A stretch of DNA of 64,000 nucleotides. It comes from Thermoanaerobaculia bacterium. GTDB taxonomy: Bacteria > Acidobacteriota > Thermoanaerobaculia > Multivoradales > Multivoraceae. Position numbers and translations under genes: made by a program. Positions 44,059 through 54,156 of this stretch are shown here, piece after piece. Each line of letters begins with the position of its first letter. The first letter of the stretch is position 1. The notes beneath the pieces are model-generated. The model was not told the origin of the DNA. It ran no database searches and saw only the letters and a list, made by a program, of their open reading frames with translations. The stretch spans positions 2,528,001 through 2,592,000 of the forward strand of contig OY762911.1 of the NCBI GenBank assembly GCA_963666565.1. Direction: 5' to 3'.

Positions 44059-44762
44059 GCGCCCCGCGCCTGCTGCTCTTCGCCAGGGCGCCGGTTCCGG
44101 GCCGGGTGAAGACCCGGCTGGTCGCGCCCGGAGGGCTCACGGCGGCCGGCGCCGCTTCGCTCCACCGGGCGCTGGTGGAGGACCTGGGCCGCCGCCTGAG
44201 CGCGGGTCCCTGGCAACTCGTCGCGATGTGGGCGCTGGCGCCGGATGCCCGGCCGCCAAGGGACCTCGTGCCGCCGGGCGTGCCGTGGCGCCGCCAGGAC
44301 GGGCGGGACCTGGGGGAGCGCCTCTACCGTGGCCTCCGTTGGGCGGCCGAGGGCGCCGCCTGCGTGGCGGCGGTGGGCAGCGACCATCCCGATCTCGACT
44401 CCGTGCGCGTGGAGGAGGCCTTCGACGCCCTGGCCGCCGGCCGCGACGCCGTGCTCGGTCCGGCAACGGACGGCGGCTACTACCTGATCGCGCTGCGGCG
44501 GGAGGCGGTCCGGCGGCGGCTGTTCGAGGACGTTGCCTGGAGCACGCCGTCGGTGCTCGCCGGGACTCTCTCCCGTGCCGGTGAACTCGGCCTGGACGTG
44601 TCCCTGCTGCCGGAGGCGCGGGATCTCGACACGGTGGCCGACCTCGTCCGTTTTCGTGAAGAGCTGGAACGGCGGCCCGCGCTGCGGTCGCTCTGCCCGC
44701 GCACGGCCGAGGTTCTCCTCTCGGAGCGCCCGCTGCCAGCGGCCGCCGGGAGCGCCGGGTGA
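44055..44762 (+). CDS. DUF2064/TIGR04282 family glycosyltransferase-like (CofC-like fold) protein
   Basis: 'FARAPVPGRVKTRL', 'Q.G.DLGERL', 'GSDHP', 'VLGPATDGGYYLI', 'WST..V', 'DLDT..DL'. Confidence 0.85.
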   Translation: MSAPRLLLFARAPVPGRVKTRLVAPGGLTAAGAASLHRALVEDLGRRLSAGPWQLVAMWALAPDARPPRDLVPPGVPWRRQDGRDLGERLYRGLRWAAEGAACVAAVGSDHPDLDSVRVEEAFDALAAGRDAVLGPATDGGYYLIALRREAVRRRLFEDVAWSTPSVLAGTLSRAGELGLDVSLLPEARDLDTVADLVRFREELERRPALRSLCPRTAEVLLSERPLPAAAGSAG

Positions 44763-46309
44763 GAGTCGTCACGTCGGACGAGATGCGCGCCGCGGAGGCC
44801 GAGGCGATCGAGGGCCTCGGCGTGCCGGCGATCGTCCTGATGGAGAATGCCGCGCGCGCCGTGGCGGACGCGATCGCCGAGCGCTACCCGCGCGCCCGCC
44901 GGATCGGCATCGCCTGCGGCCGGGGCAACAACGGCGGCGACGGCCTGGCGCTGCTTCGCGACCTCGCGGCGCGCGGCTGCGAGGCCGCGGCGTACGTCGC
45001 CGGGCCGCTCGACCGGCTCAGCGCCGAGGCGGCGGAGCAGCTCGCGGCCTGCGAGCGGCTCGGTCTCCCGGTCCGGTCGGTAGCCGATCCGGCCGCGGAC
45101 GGCTCGGTGAACGAGGAGGTCGACCTCTGGGTCGACGCCCTGCTCGGCACGGGCCTGAACCGGCCGGTCGAGGGTCCGGTGGCGAACTGGGTCGCCTGGC
45201 TCGGGGAGCGGCGCGGCGGCGCGCCGCTGGTGTCGGTCGACGTGCCGACGGGCCTCGACGCCTCGGCGGCGACGCTGCCGGGTCCGCACGTGCGGGCCGA
45301 TCTCACCGTCGCCCTGGGGTTTCCGAAGGTCGCCAACGTGCTGGCGCCGGCCGCGGACGCCGGCGGGCGGCTGTGGATCGGCGATCTCGGCGTGGCGTTG
45401 CCCGAACCGCCGCCGGGTCCGGACGCCCTCTACCGCTCACGCCGGGAAGACCTCGTGGGCCGGCTGCGGACGCGCCGGCGCGACGCGCACAAGGGGACGT
45501 TCGGCCACGTCGTCGTCGCGGGAGGATCGACGGGGTACAGCGGCGCCGCGATCCTGGCGGCGCGAGCGGCGGTCAGGGGCGGCGCCGGGCTGGTGACGGC
45601 GGCCGTGCCGGAGCATCTCGTCGAGGCGGTGGACGCCGGCTCGGTCGAGTCGATGACGTTGGGGATGCCCGCGCAGGGGAAGGGCTGGTCGCGCGACGCC
45701 GTGGAGCATCTGCTGCAGGCGGTCGTCGAGCGCGCGTCGAGCGGCGGCGCCCTGGCGCTCGGCCCGGGCCTCGGGCTCTCCGACGACGCCCGCGCGCTGG
45801 CGCGGGAGGTCGCGGCCCGGAGCGCGGCGCCGGTCGTGCTCGACGCGGACGGCATCTCCGCCTTTGCCGGCGACGCGAACGCGCTCCGTGCGCGCGACGC
45901 CGACCTGGTCGTCACGCCGCATCCCGGAGAACTCGCCCGGCTTCTCGGCGTGCCGACTTCGGCGGTCGTCGAGAACCGCTGGGAGCACGCCCGGCGGGCC
46001 GCCCGCGAGACCGGGGCGGTCGTCGTGCTGAAGGGACGGCAGACCCTGATCTCGGATCCGGCGCTGGGCACCTGGGTCAACCCGACGGGCAATCCGGGCA
46101 TGGCGACCGGCGGCAGCGGCGACGTACTGACGGGCGTCATCGCGGCGCTCCTGGCCCAGGGACTCGATCCGCCGTCGGCGGCGCGGCTGGGCGTCTACGT
46201 CCACGGCCTGTCCGGCGACCTGGCGGCGAAGCGCTGGGGCGAGATCTCGATGGCCGCCAGCGACCTGGTGGACGAGCTCGGGGCGGCCTTCCGGTCGCTG
46301 GAGGCATGA
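44759..46309 (+). CDS. nnr: bifunctional NAD(P)H-hydrate epimerase/dehydratase
   Basis: 'LMENAA', 'GRGNNGGDG', 'DALLGTG', 'HKGTFG', 'GPGLG', 'LDADG', 'TPHPGE', 'ATGGSGDVL'. Confidence 0.93.
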   Translation: MRVVTSDEMRAAEAEAIEGLGVPAIVLMENAARAVADAIAERYPRARRIGIACGRGNNGGDGLALLRDLAARGCEAAAYVAGPLDRLSAEAAEQLAACERLGLPVRSVADPAADGSVNEEVDLWVDALLGTGLNRPVEGPVANWVAWLGERRGGAPLVSVDVPTGLDASAATLPGPHVRADLTVALGFPKVANVLAPAADAGGRLWIGDLGVALPEPPPGPDALYRSRREDLVGRLRTRRRDAHKGTFGHVVVAGGSTGYSGAAILAARAAVRGGAGLVTAAVPEHLVEAVDAGSVESMTLGMPAQGKGWSRDAVEHLLQAVVERASSGGALALGPGLGLSDDARALAREVAARSAAPVVLDADGISAFAGDANALRARDADLVVTPHPGELARLLGVPTSAVVENRWEHARRAARETGAVVVLKGRQTLISDPALGTWVNPTGNPGMATGGSGDVLTGVIAALLAQGLDPPSAARLGVYVHGLSGDLAAKRWGEISMAASDLVDELGAAFRSLEA

Positions 46310-46761
46310 TCGTCTGCACCGGCAGCGCCGAGGAGACGCGGGGCCTCGGCGTCGAGCTGGCGAAGCGCCTCCTGCCCGACGGCACGGCCCTCCTGTTCGG
46401 CGATCTCGGTGCGGGCAAGACCGTGCTGACCCAGGGGATCGCGGAAGGGCTCGGGCTGGACGCCTCCCAGGTCCAGTCGCCGACGTTCACCCTGATTCAC
46501 GAATACGACCGGGGCGCCCGCTCCGGCCGGGGACACACGCGGCTCGTCCACATCGACTTGTACCGGCTGGAACCGGACGAGGTGGACGCGATCGGCGTGG
46601 ACGAGTTTCTGGCCGGGGACGGGGTCAAGGTGGTGGAGTGGGCGGACCGCCTGCCGCAACCGCCGTCCGGCCTCGAAGTGCGGATGCGAACGGGGGCGGG
46701 TCCGGAGGAACGGGAGATCGAGATCGCCTCGCGGGGAACCGGCCGCCTGCCGGGTGCCTGA
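46306..46761 (+). CDS. tsaE: tRNA t6A biosynthesis ATPase TsaE
   Basis: 'GDLGAGKT', 'VQSPTFTL..EY', 'HIDLYRL', 'VEW'. Conserved nnr-tsaE order. Confidence 0.93.
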   Translation: MIVCTGSAEETRGLGVELAKRLLPDGTALLFGDLGAGKTVLTQGIAEGLGLDASQVQSPTFTLIHEYDRGARSGRGHTRLVHIDLYRLEPDEVDAIGVDEFLAGDGVKVVEWADRLPQPPSGLEVRMRTGAGPEEREIEIASRGTGRLPGA

Positions 46762-46870
46762 CCCGCTGCCGCCGAAGGCGGCCAGGAAGTCGCGCCCGGC
46801 GGCCAACTGTTAGGGTGCCGCCTCTGCCCGAACGGGCGCTGCGAACGACAAGAACGAGAAGGAAGAACCG

Positions 46871-47722
46871 ATGGAAGTGGAACGCGTAGGGCTGGTCGGC
46901 TGCGGTCTGATGGGCCGGGGCATCGCGGAGATCTGCGCGCGGGCCGGCATCCCGGTCACGGTGCGCGAGATCGACCGGGAGACGCTCGACAAGGGGCTCG
47001 GCGCGGTGCGCGCGTCCCTGGCGAAGAGCCTCGAACGGCGGCGCATCGATGTCGAGGAACACGACCGGGCACTGGCCAACCTGACCGGCACCGTCGAACT
47101 GTCCGATCTCGCCGGCGCCGACCTGGCGGTGGAGGCGATCGTCGAGGATCTGGAGACGAAGCGCGAGCTGTTCGTCGCGCTCGACGGCATCGTCGGCGAC
47201 GGCTGCATCTTCGCCAGCAACACGTCCTCGCTGACCCTGACCCAGCTCGCCGCCTCGACGGCGCGGCCCGACCGCTTCGTGGGGCTCCATTTCTTCAACC
47301 CCGTGCCGGCGATGCGGCTGGTCGAGGTGGTGCGGACCCTGATGACCTCGGACGAGGCCTACGACGCCTGCTGGCGCCTGGCCGAGCGGGTCGGCAAGAC
47401 GCCGGTCGCCTGCGGCGACAACTCCGGGTTCATCGTCAACCGGTTGCTGATCCCGTACCTTCTCGATGCCGTCCGCGCCTACGAGAGCGGCGTCGGCAGC
47501 ATGGAGGACATCGACACGGCGATGAAGCTCGGCTGCGGCTATCCGATGGGGCCCTTCACGTTGAGCGACTTCATCGGGCTGGACACGATGTACTCCGTCG
47601 CCAACATCATGTTCGACGAGTACCGGGAGACGCGCTTCGCGCCGCCGACCCTGTTGAAGCAACTGGTGCAGGCGGGACACCTGGGGCGCAAGACGGGCAA
47701 GGGCTTCTTTGACTACCGCTGA
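46871..47722 (+). CDS. hbd: 3-hydroxybutyryl-CoA dehydrogenase
   Basis: 'GCGLMGRGIA', 'EAIVE', 'ASNTSSL', 'GLHFFNP', 'GFIVNRLL', 'PMGP..L.D.IGLD', 'LGRKTGKGF'. Extended -10 TGTTAGGGT at 46808-46816. Confidence 0.9.
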   Translation: MEVERVGLVGCGLMGRGIAEICARAGIPVTVREIDRETLDKGLGAVRASLAKSLERRRIDVEEHDRALANLTGTVELSDLAGADLAVEAIVEDLETKRELFVALDGIVGDGCIFASNTSSLTLTQLAASTARPDRFVGLHFFNPVPAMRLVEVVRTLMTSDEAYDACWRLAERVGKTPVACGDNSGFIVNRLLIPYLLDAVRAYESGVGSMEDIDTAMKLGCGYPMGPFTLSDFIGLDTMYSVANIMFDEYRETRFAPPTLLKQLVQAGHLGRKTGKGFFDYR

Positions 47723-48716
47723 ACCGGCGGCGCGGGCCAGAGGGCAGGTGACGCTGCCCGAGGAATCGGTGCGGGCGATCTGCGGCGCCCACGACGAGAA
47801 TCTGCGCCGGGTGGAGAAGGCGCTCGACGTCACTCTCGGGGTCCGCGGCGCCGCGGTGCAGATCCGGGGCGCCGCCCAGGCCGTGGGCGCGGCCGAGCGG
47901 CTGCTGACCGACCTCGGCGCCCTGGCGGCCGGGGGCCGGCGTCTCCGCCCCGACGACCTGGCCACCGCCTTGCGGGTCGTGGCCGAGGAGCCCGCGACCT
48001 CCCTGGTCGACTTCTTCCGGACGGGCGCCCTGATCCAGGCCTCGCGGCGGCTGGTGGCGCCGCGCAGCCTGAACCAGAAGCGCTACCTCCGCGCTATGCT
48101 GGACCATGAACTGGTCATCTCGACCGGGCCGGCCGGCACCGGCAAAACCTACCTGGCGGTGGCGGTCGCGGCGTCGGCGCTGAAGGAGCAGAAGGTGCGG
48201 CGCATCGTGCTCGCCAGGCCCGCCGTCGAGGCGGGCGAGAAGCTCGGCTTCCTGCCCGGCGACCTGGCGGAGAAGGTCAATCCGTACCTGCGGCCGCTCT
48301 ACGATGCCCTCTTCGACATCATCGGTTTCGACAAGGTGTCCCGGATGATGGAACGCGAGGTGATCGAGGTGGCGCCGCTCGCCTTCATGCGCGGCCGCTC
48401 GCTGAACGACAGCTTCATCATCCTCGACGAGGCGCAGAACACGACGCCCGAGCAGATGAAGATGTTCCTGACCCGCATCGGCTTCAACTCGAAGGCCGTG
48501 GTCAACGGCGACATCACCCAGATCGACCTGCCGCCCGGGCAGCAGTCCGGCCTGAAGCACGCGCTCCAGGTGCTCCGGGGCGAGGACGGCATCGAGTTCG
48601 TGCGCTTCGGGCGCTCCGACGTGGTCCGGCACGAACTCGTGCAGCGGATCGTCGGGGCCTACGACCGCTGGGAGGCGCGTCACGGCGACCGCTCCCGGGA
48701 CGAGGACGGCCGGTGA
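47709..48716 (+). CDS. phoH: PhoH family ATPase (YbeZ-like)
   Basis: '[11 protein letters not shown]', '[16 protein letters not shown]', 'APLAFMRGR', 'DEAQN', 'GDITQIDLP'. Confidence 0.93.
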   Translation: MTTAEPAARARGQVTLPEESVRAICGAHDENLRRVEKALDVTLGVRGAAVQIRGAAQAVGAAERLLTDLGALAAGGRRLRPDDLATALRVVAEEPATSLVDFFRTGALIQASRRLVAPRSLNQKRYLRAMLDHELVISTGPAGTGKTYLAVAVAASALKEQKVRRIVLARPAVEAGEKLGFLPGDLAEKVNPYLRPLYDALFDIIGFDKVSRMMEREVIEVAPLAFMRGRSLNDSFIILDEAQNTTPEQMKMFLTRIGFNSKAVVNGDITQIDLPPGQQSGLKHALQVLRGEDGIEFVRFGRSDVVRHELVQRIVGAYDRWEARHGDRSRDEDGR

Positions 48717-51136
48717 GCGCGGCGATCAGGGCGCCGAGGCGCAGCCGGTCGGTCCGCAGGCGGGAGGCCCGCAAGCGGCTCCGCCGCAGCATGTACCGGC
48801 GCCACGGCGACCGCCTCACGGTCGCCGGCCTGTGGCACTACGCGCTGGAACTGGACGCCGTCTGGATCGCGCTCCTGGTCGTGGCCGGGGTCTGGATCAT
48901 GGCCCCGCCGGGCGTGTTCTTCGGACCCGATCTGGCGGAGGGGGACATTGCGACCCGCGACTACCACGCGACCCGCGACGTGCTGCTGCTCGACGAGGCG
49001 ACTTCCGAGGAACTGAAGGAGCGGGCCCGCTCCGACGTGCGGCCGCTCTACGACTTCGACGCCGAGCAGGCGGACGAGGTCGAGACCCGGATCGCGAACC
49101 TGTTCGAGATCGAGCGCGGGTTCGACGACGACGGGGTGGCCGAGCTCCTGCCCGAGGAGGAGGCGGCCGAGGAACGCCTGCGGCGGCTGCGGGTCGGAAG
49201 CGGCCTGCGGGTCGACGAAAACCACGCGGACCTGCTGGCGGTTCGCGTCGGCGGCGAGGACGGCGGCGCGGAGCTGGAGGAGCGCCTGACGCGCCTGGCG
49301 GGGCTGCTCCTGCGGGCCGGGATCGTCGAGAACAAGGAGACCCTGCTCCAGAACCGTCTCGAGGGCGTCACGCTGCACAACATGAAGACGGGCGAGGAGT
49401 CGGTCCAGTTCGACCTCTTCGGCTACCGCGGCTATCCGGTCGAAGTGGAGGCCTACCTGGAGGCGGAGGTCGGCCGCTGGGCGGGCTGGTCGCGGGCCGA
49501 CCGGGCCACCGTCGTCGACTTCCTGATGGTCAACCTGGCGCCCAACGTCTACCTCAACCTGAACGAGACCGAGGAGCGTCGGACCGCCGCGGCGGAGGAC
49601 GTCGGGCCGGTCTTCAACCAGATCCGTGCCGGCCAGGTCATCGTGCGCAACGGCGACGAGGTCGACGCGGAGGCGATGCGCCTGCTTGGCGAGCTGACCG
49701 GCAGCGAGAGCAACCTGTCGGTGCTCCGCTCGCCGCTGGCCTCGGCCCTGGTGCTCGGCCTCGCGGCGGCGTTCCTGTGGGTGGCGTTCCGGCGCAAGCG
49801 CCTGGTCGCGGTCGAGGGCCGCCACTTCGGCAGCGTCGTCCTGATTCTCGTGCTGGGCCTGGCGGCGACCCGGTTCGGCTTCCTCGTCGCCGATGCCCTC
49901 GCCGCCTCGTTCCCGGTGGAGGCCCTGAGTTCGGCGCGGAGCTACGTGTTCGCGATCCCCTTCGCGGCGGTGTCGCTGCTCGTCTCGGTGCTCTACGGCC
50001 GGGGCGCCGGCCTGCTCGCCGGCGTCGTCTTCTCCGTCCTGGTCGGCCGGCTGGGCTGGCTGGAGGCGGCGAACGCGCAGCTCGGGCTGGCGGGCGGCAC
50101 GATGCTCTACTGCCTGACCGGCAGCCTCGCCGCGGTGTTCGCCCTCGACCAGTTGAAGCAGCGGTCGGCGGTGACGAGGGCGGGTCTGCTGGTCGGACTC
50201 GTCAACGTCGCCTCGGTGACGACGCTGACCTTGCTCGGGGACGGCGCGACGGTCGTCGTCTGGGGGTTCGAGGCGCTCTGCGGGATCCTGGGCGGCCTGA
50301 TGGTGGCGGCGGCGGTCAGCTTCGCCGTTCCGGTGTTCGAGGCGATGCTGTTCCGCACGACCGACATCAAGCTGCTGGAACTCTCGGACACGAACCTGCC
50401 GCTGCTCCAGCGCCTGGCCTTCGAGGCGCCGGGGACGTTCCAGCACTCCCTGATGGTCGCCCACCTGGCCAAGGCCTGCTGCGAGGCGGTGGGCGGGAAC
50501 CCCACGCTGGCCTACGTCGGCGGTCTGTACCACGACATCGGCAAGGTGCTGCGGCCGGGGTACTTCGTGGAGAACCAGCGCGAGGGCGACAATCCGCACG
50601 ATGGCCTTCCGCCCTCCGCGTCCGCCGCGATCATCATGGACCACGTGACGCAAGGAGTCCGGCTGGCGCGGGAGAACCGGCTGCCGCAGCCGATCGTCGA
50701 CGCGATCGAGCAGCACCACGGCACCCGCAAGCTGGGCTTCTTCCTGGCCAGGGCGAAGGAGCAGGCGGCGCCGGCCGAACAGGTCAACGAGTACGAGTAT
50801 CGCTATCCGGGCCCGATGCCTCGGAGCAAGACGATGGCGGCGGTCATGGTCGCCGACACCGTCGAGGCCGCGAGCCGCACCCTCGGGGACTACTCCGAGG
50901 AGTCGATCCGGGCCCTGGTCGAGCGGCTCCTGGACGACATCCTCGACGACGGCCAGTTCGGCCAGACGGGCCTGACGCTCGCCGACCTGCGGCGCATGCG
51001 CTACACCCTGCAGAACGTCCTGAAGACGGTACACCACCATCGGGTGGACTACCCGGAGTTCGACTTCGGGCAGGGCGGCCGCGGCGCGTTGCGGGTGCTG
51101 CCCGGCGGCGCCGGCGGCGGGCCGGGCGGCGACTGA
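48713..51136 (+). CDS. 7TM-HD phosphohydrolase (PgpH/YqfF-like, cyclic-di-AMP phosphodiesterase family)
   Basis: Extracytoplasmic domain and multi-TM region, then 'APGTFQHS', 'YHDIGK', 'YFVENQ', 'QHHGT', 'YRYPGP.P', 'ADTVEAA'. Confidence 0.88.
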   Translation: MSAAIRAPRRSRSVRRREARKRLRRSMYRRHGDRLTVAGLWHYALELDAVWIALLVVAGVWIMAPPGVFFGPDLAEGDIATRDYHATRDVLLLDEATSEELKERARSDVRPLYDFDAEQADEVETRIANLFEIERGFDDDGVAELLPEEEAAEERLRRLRVGSGLRVDENHADLLAVRVGGEDGGAELEERLTRLAGLLLRAGIVENKETLLQNRLEGVTLHNMKTGEESVQFDLFGYRGYPVEVEAYLEAEVGRWAGWSRADRATVVDFLMVNLAPNVYLNLNETEERRTAAAEDVGPVFNQIRAGQVIVRNGDEVDAEAMRLLGELTGSESNLSVLRSPLASALVLGLAAAFLWVAFRRKRLVAVEGRHFGSVVLILVLGLAATRFGFLVADALAASFPVEALSSARSYVFAIPFAAVSLLVSVLYGRGAGLLAGVVFSVLVGRLGWLEAANAQLGLAGGTMLYCLTGSLAAVFALDQLKQRSAVTRAGLLVGLVNVASVTTLTLLGDGATVVVWGFEALCGILGGLMVAAAVSFAVPVFEAMLFRTTDIKLLELSDTNLPLLQRLAFEAPGTFQHSLMVAHLAKACCEAVGGNPTLAYVGGLYHDIGKVLRPGYFVENQREGDNPHDGLPPSASAAIIMDHVTQGVRLARENRLPQPIVDAIEQHHGTRKLGFFLARAKEQAAPAEQVNEYEYRYPGPMPRSKTMAAVMVADTVEAASRTLGDYSEESIRALVERLLDDILDDGQFGQTGLTLADLRRMRYTLQNVLKTVHHHRVDYPEFDFGQGGRGALRVLPGGAGGGPGGD

Positions 51137-51144
51137 AGCCGGCG

Positions 51145-52488
51145 GTGGCGACCATCGACCTGCAGGTCGCGGCGGCGGTGGAGGACCGTTGCCGCGAGTG
51201 CCTCTCCGGCCTCCGCGCGATGACGGCCGAGGTCGTCGCCGAACTGGCGCCGGCGGCGACGCTCGCCGTCCGGCTGGTGGACGACGCCGAGATACGGGAA
51301 CTGAACCGCCGCTACCGGCGGATCGACGAGCCGACGGACGTGCTGTCCTTCCCGGGCGAAGAGACCCCGGAGGGGCGGCACCTGGGCGACGTTGTCATCT
51401 CGGTCGAGACCGCGGCCTCGCGGGCCGAGGGGACTCTCGAGCGGGAGCTCGGGGTCCTGGCCCTGCACGGCATCCTGCACTGCCTGGGTCACGACCACGA
51501 GACGGACGACGGCGAGATGGAGGCTCTGGAAACCCGGCTGCGGGCCCGGTTCCTGGGGCCGCGCGAGGCGCCGGGAACCGAACGCGAGGTTCCGCTGGCC
51601 GAAAGGGCCGGCACGGTGGCCCTCGTGGGCCGGCCGAACGCCGGCAAGTCGACGCTGATGAACCGGATGCTGGGCGAGAAGCTGGCCATCGTCTCGGACA
51701 AGCCGCAGACCACGCGCCACCGGCTGATCGGCATCCTGAGCACGGACCGCGGCCAGATGGTGTTCCACGACACGCCCGGCCTGCACCGGCCGCTGCACCG
51801 CCTGAACCGGCGCATGGTCCACGCCGCCTCGGCCGCGCTCAGGGAGGCCGACGTGGTGTGCCTGCTCCGCGACGCGGCGACTCCGTTCGGCCGGGGCGAC
51901 GCCTACGCTCTCGACCTCGTCGCCGCGGCGGCCGCCGAGCGGCCCAGGCCGATGGTCTGCCTGCTGAACAAGATCGATCTGATCTCCAAGCCCCGGCTCC
52001 TGCCTGAGATCGAGCGCTACGCCGGCCGCGGCGTGTTCGAGGAGATCGTGCCGGTTTCGGCGCTTACCGGCGACGGAGTCGGCGACCTGCTCGAACTGCT
52101 CTGGCGGCATCTGCCGGCCGGGACGCCGCGGCACGACCCGGAACTGCTGACCGTCCACACCGAGCGCTTCCTCGTCGCGGAGACGATCCGCGAGAAGGTC
52201 CTGGAACGGACGCGGGACGAACTGCCCTTCACCACGGCGGTGGTCGTCGAGGCCTGGGAGGACGGCGAGAAGCGGACGGACCTCCTGGCGAGCATCCTCG
52301 TCGACCGGGAGAGCCACAAGGGGATCGTCGTCGGCCGCGGAGGGAAACGGATCAAGGAGATCGGCACGGCGGCGCGCCGCGACCTGGAGGCGTTCCTGGA
52401 GCGGCGCGTGTACCTGGAGCTGCGGGTGCGCGCGGCGCCCGGATGGCGCGAGGACGCGGCGGTCCTGAGCCGTCTGGAGACCGGCTAG
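51145..52488 (+). CDS. YbeY-Era fusion (rRNA maturation RNase plus GTPase Era)
   Basis: One stop-free frame holds YbeY ('LNRRYR..DEPTDVLSFP', 'LGDVVIS', 'HGILHCLGHDH') and then Era ('GRPNAGKSTL', 'KPQTTR', 'DTPG', 'NKID', 'ELPF', KH 'VGRGG'). Confidence 0.9.
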   Translation: MATIDLQVAAAVEDRCRECLSGLRAMTAEVVAELAPAATLAVRLVDDAEIRELNRRYRRIDEPTDVLSFPGEETPEGRHLGDVVISVETAASRAEGTLERELGVLALHGILHCLGHDHETDDGEMEALETRLRARFLGPREAPGTEREVPLAERAGTVALVGRPNAGKSTLMNRMLGEKLAIVSDKPQTTRHRLIGILSTDRGQMVFHDTPGLHRPLHRLNRRMVHAASAALREADVVCLLRDAATPFGRGDAYALDLVAAAAAERPRPMVCLLNKIDLISKPRLLPEIERYAGRGVFEEIVPVSALTGDGVGDLLELLWRHLPAGTPRHDPELLTVHTERFLVAETIREKVLERTRDELPFTTAVVVEAWEDGEKRTDLLASILVDRESHKGIVVGRGGKRIKEIGTAARRDLEAFLERRVYLELRVRAAPGWREDAAVLSRLETG

Positions 52489-52636
52489 GCGCGCCCGCGG
52501 CTTGCCTAGCTCATGGTCTCGCTGATAGACACGCCTCCACGGCGTTTCGTGTTCGAGCGTTGCGGCCGGGAGGCGTCCCGGCGACAGCAGATTTCGCGCG
52601 GCAGGTCCGCGGCAAGGAACAGCAAAGGAGAACTTC

Positions 52637-54058
52637 ATGTCAGAGGCAAGCCCCAAGTCGATCGTCGACCGGATCCGGGAGGAGGGGTTCCAGATCGTCG
52701 ACTTTCGTTTCACGGACTTTCCCGGCTTGTGGCAGCACTTCTCGGTGCCGGCCAGCGAGGTCGATGAGGACACCTTCGAGGACGGGCTCGGGTTCGACGG
52801 TTCGAGCATCCGCGGCTGGCAGGTGATCAACGAGTCGGACATGCTGGTGGTGCCGGATCCCGGCACGGCGTTCGTCGATCCGTACTTCGAGCACAAGACG
52901 CTCGTTCTCACCTGCGACATCGTCGATCCGATCACCCGCGAGAGTTACGGCCGCGACCCGCGCGGCGTCGCCAGGGCCGCGGAGGCCTACGTCCAGGCGA
53001 CGGGCCTCGCCGACACGGCCTACTTCGGACCCGAGGCGGAGTTCTTCATCTTCGACGACGTGCGCTTCGACGGCGGCCCGAACTTCGGCTTCTACGAGGT
53101 CGACTCGATCGAGGGCCGCTGGAACAGCGGGGCCGACGAAGGCCCGAACCTCGGCTACAAGCCCCGTTTCAAGGAGGGCTACTTCCCGGTGCCGCCGACC
53201 GACAAGCACCAGGACATGCGAAGCGAGATGATCCTGATCATGGAGGAGCTCGGTCTCAATCCCGAGTGCCAGCATCACGAAGTCGGCACCGGCGGCCAGG
53301 CCGAGATCGACCTGCGGTTCGCTCCGCTCGTCGAGATGGCGGACGCGATGATGCTCTACAAGTACATCATCAAGAACACGGCCGCCCGGCACGGCAAGAC
53401 GGTCACCTTCATGCCCAAGCCCCTGTTCGAGGACAACGGCAGCGGCATGCACACTCACCTCTCGCTCTGGAAGGACGGCGTGCCCCTGTTCGCCGGCGAC
53501 GGCTACGCCGGCCTCTCCGACATGGCGATGCACGCGATCGGCGGCCTGCTCAAGCACGCGCCGGCCCTGCTCGCCTTCACGAACCCGACGACGAACAGCT
53601 ACAAGCGGCTGGTGCCGGGCTTCGAGGCGCCGGTCAACCTGGTGTACTCGCAGCGCAACCGGAGCGCGGCGGTGCGGATCCCGATGTACTCGCCCTCGCC
53701 GAAGGCGAAGCGGGTCGAGTTCCGTTGCCCCGACCCGAGCTGCAACCCGTACCTGGCGTTCGCGGCGCTCCTGATGGCGGCGCTCGACGGCATCCAGAAC
53801 GAGATCGATCCGGGCAGTTCGCTCGACGTCGACATCTACGATCTGTCGCCGGAGGAGAGCCAGGGCGTGCCGACCACGCCGGCGACGCTCGACGAGGCTC
53901 TCGACGCCCTCGAGGAGGACCACGAGTTCCTCACCGCGGGCGGCGTCTTCGACGAGGACGTGATCGAGAACCACATCGCGTACAAGCGCGAGAGCGAGTG
54001 CCAGGAGGTGGCGCTGCGGCCGCATCCGCACGAGTTCGCGCTGTACTACGACATCTAG
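52637..54058 (+). CDS. glnA: glutamine synthetase type I
   Basis: 'FDGSSI.G', 'FGPEAEFF', 'HHEV', 'TFMPKP...DNGSGMH', '[12 protein letters not shown]', 'RNRSA', adenylylation-site 'DIYDL'. AAAGGAG RBS. Confidence 0.97.
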   Translation: MSEASPKSIVDRIREEGFQIVDFRFTDFPGLWQHFSVPASEVDEDTFEDGLGFDGSSIRGWQVINESDMLVVPDPGTAFVDPYFEHKTLVLTCDIVDPITRESYGRDPRGVARAAEAYVQATGLADTAYFGPEAEFFIFDDVRFDGGPNFGFYEVDSIEGRWNSGADEGPNLGYKPRFKEGYFPVPPTDKHQDMRSEMILIMEELGLNPECQHHEVGTGGQAEIDLRFAPLVEMADAMMLYKYIIKNTAARHGKTVTFMPKPLFEDNGSGMHTHLSLWKDGVPLFAGDGYAGLSDMAMHAIGGLLKHAPALLAFTNPTTNSYKRLVPGFEAPVNLVYSQRNRSAAVRIPMYSPSPKAKRVEFRCPDPSCNPYLAFAALLMAALDGIQNEIDPGSSLDVDIYDLSPEESQGVPTTPATLDEALDALEEDHEFLTAGGVFDEDVIENHIAYKRESECQEVALRPHPHEFALYYDI

Positions 54059-54099
54059 GCGCCGGCGCTGCGACTTGCCGCGCCGATCCGCGTGAACCG

Positions 54100-54133
54100 G
54101 CCGCCGGCAGGAGCGTCGCGCCCTGCCGGCGGC
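54100..54133 (+). terminator. 12-bp perfect hairpin downstream of glnA
   Basis: GCCGCCGGCAGG-N10-CCTGCCGGCGGC; no U-tract. Confidence 0.4.
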
Positions 54134-54156
54134 GCAGCCAGCCAGGGAGGCCTCTC

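Noticed and set aside
48832-52488. 1218-aa ORF as one giant protein
   Set aside because: Its first ~770 codons are an alternative frame over the 7TM-HD gene. Only 51145 onward (YbeY-Era) has recognisable motifs.
52486-52636. Sigma-54 promoter or glutamine riboswitch upstream of glnA
   Set aside because: There is only a bare GG-N10-GC without the TGGCAC/TTGC context. The hairpins present do not match a riboswitch I can recognise.
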